Assembly (NCBI RefSeq): GCF_001194135.2
Contig: NC_068987.1
Span: forward strand, 99,057,830-99,121,829
From: Octopus bimaculoides
Taxonomy: Eukaryota
Reading direction: 5' to 3'
Length of the DNA stretch: 64,000 nucleotides
In this document: piece after piece, positions 62,742 through 64,000 of the stretch
Numbering within the stretch: position 1 is the first letter of the stretch
Layout of the letters: each line of letters opens with the position of its first letter
Notes under the pieces: generated by a model
Told to the model about the DNA's origin: nothing
The model's input: only the letters and a program-made list of their open reading frames with translations
Databases searched by the model: none
Made by a program: the position numbers and the translations under genes

Positions 62742-63469
62742 TATATGTATCTGCACAGGGTATTTTTGTACAGTTAGACATGTTGGCGACAAAGTGTGTG
62801 AAGTTAGAAAATTATGCCATATAATACTATAAGCTCAAAGTAGATTAATTTAAAGGCATGCATTTACTTACATACTCACGCATGCACAACATATTCTGGA
62901 AAAGCTGCATACGTAAAGGCACTCACTCGGAAAAATATAATGAAATATGCACACACACAGAGATACACATACGCAAACATATGTATGTATGTATACATGT
63001 ATGTATACATATATGTATACATGTATGTATATATGTATAAAATATCTCAACTGCTTATTTAACTTGAACATGGTTTGTACTTTGAAAAACCAATCATTTG
63101 TGATAATTCAATGACCCATTATTTGGTCTGCTATTTAATATATTGTATCTAAACCTAGGATCGAAGTTTCAACCTGCTGAGAAACAACGTTCAGCTGCAA
63201 TTCCTGCTGTTTGATAAAGATCCATATTCTAAAACTTTGAATTATGTTCTGTTTCTACCTGCAGTGAAAAACTAATGAATATGTAATTCGACGCTATCAG
63301 TGTGAAACGACTGTAATTCGGGATATAACTGCGCGAAGATTCCATTACGAACGCAGTCAAGTGATTGACTGATACTCAGACACACACAAAATATAAGTAC
63401 TTAAAAATAACCAGTACTGTTTGTGCACTAGTGTGTGTGTGTGTGTCTTTATATGTGTGAGTGTATGTA

Positions 63470-63503
<34 letters not shown>

Positions 63504-63845
63504 CATGTGAGACGTGTGTAACACACATATACACACTTACATGCATCAATATATTTATAGTTGTTCATATGTGTGTACGTAAATATAGGCATATGTATAT
63601 ATGCATAGAAACATATATACATAGGCCTATGTACGTACATATGTGTAAATGGAAGCGCACACACACATTTAGATGCATACATATGCGCACACACACGCAC
63701 GCACGCACACACACACATATATTTACATCCATATAAATATAAATCTATATATAAATGCATATATATTTATATAAATACATACACATATATACTTATATGC
63801 CTGTATATACCTGTGTATATATATACATATACATGCACACACATA

Positions 63846-63915
<70 letters not shown>

Positions 63916-64000
63916 GCTACACACACATACATACACATACATACAAACACAAACGGCTGAAACGACTAAACGAGTATATATACACATATGCATATATATA

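Overview
AT-rich eukaryotic DNA, dense in microsatellites and with many N gaps. The repeat content looks like an octopus (cephalopod) genome; this is inferred from recalled repeat families, not verified. No host protein-coding gene, tRNA, rRNA or CRISPR array can be supported, and nearly all long ORFs in the track are microsatellite or N-gap artefacts. The window is a layered transposon graveyard. Retroelements: four Penelope-like element (PLE) remnants (one near full length, ~53-55 kb), four R4/Dong-type restriction-like-endonuclease LINE remnants, an RTE fragment, and a 5'-truncated L1/Tx1-like LINE with a perfect 16-bp TSD. DNA elements: a Helitron Rep-helicase remnant plus a candidate mini-Helitron, mariner, rosa/maT-like, pogo/Tigger and Sola-like transposon remnants, and MITEs. 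At least three tRNA-headed SINE families are present. Main highlights: (1) a dispersed family of type-I hammerhead ribozyme motifs, with two complete cores at 36.9 kb and 55.8 kb, several decayed relatives, and a separate minimal PLE-type motif at 44.2 kb; (2) in-window evidence that the most abundant SINE shares its 3' tail with the Tx1-like LINE and also occurs with a second, unrelated tail. All protein assignments come from manual translation and remembered family motifs and need HMM confirmation.
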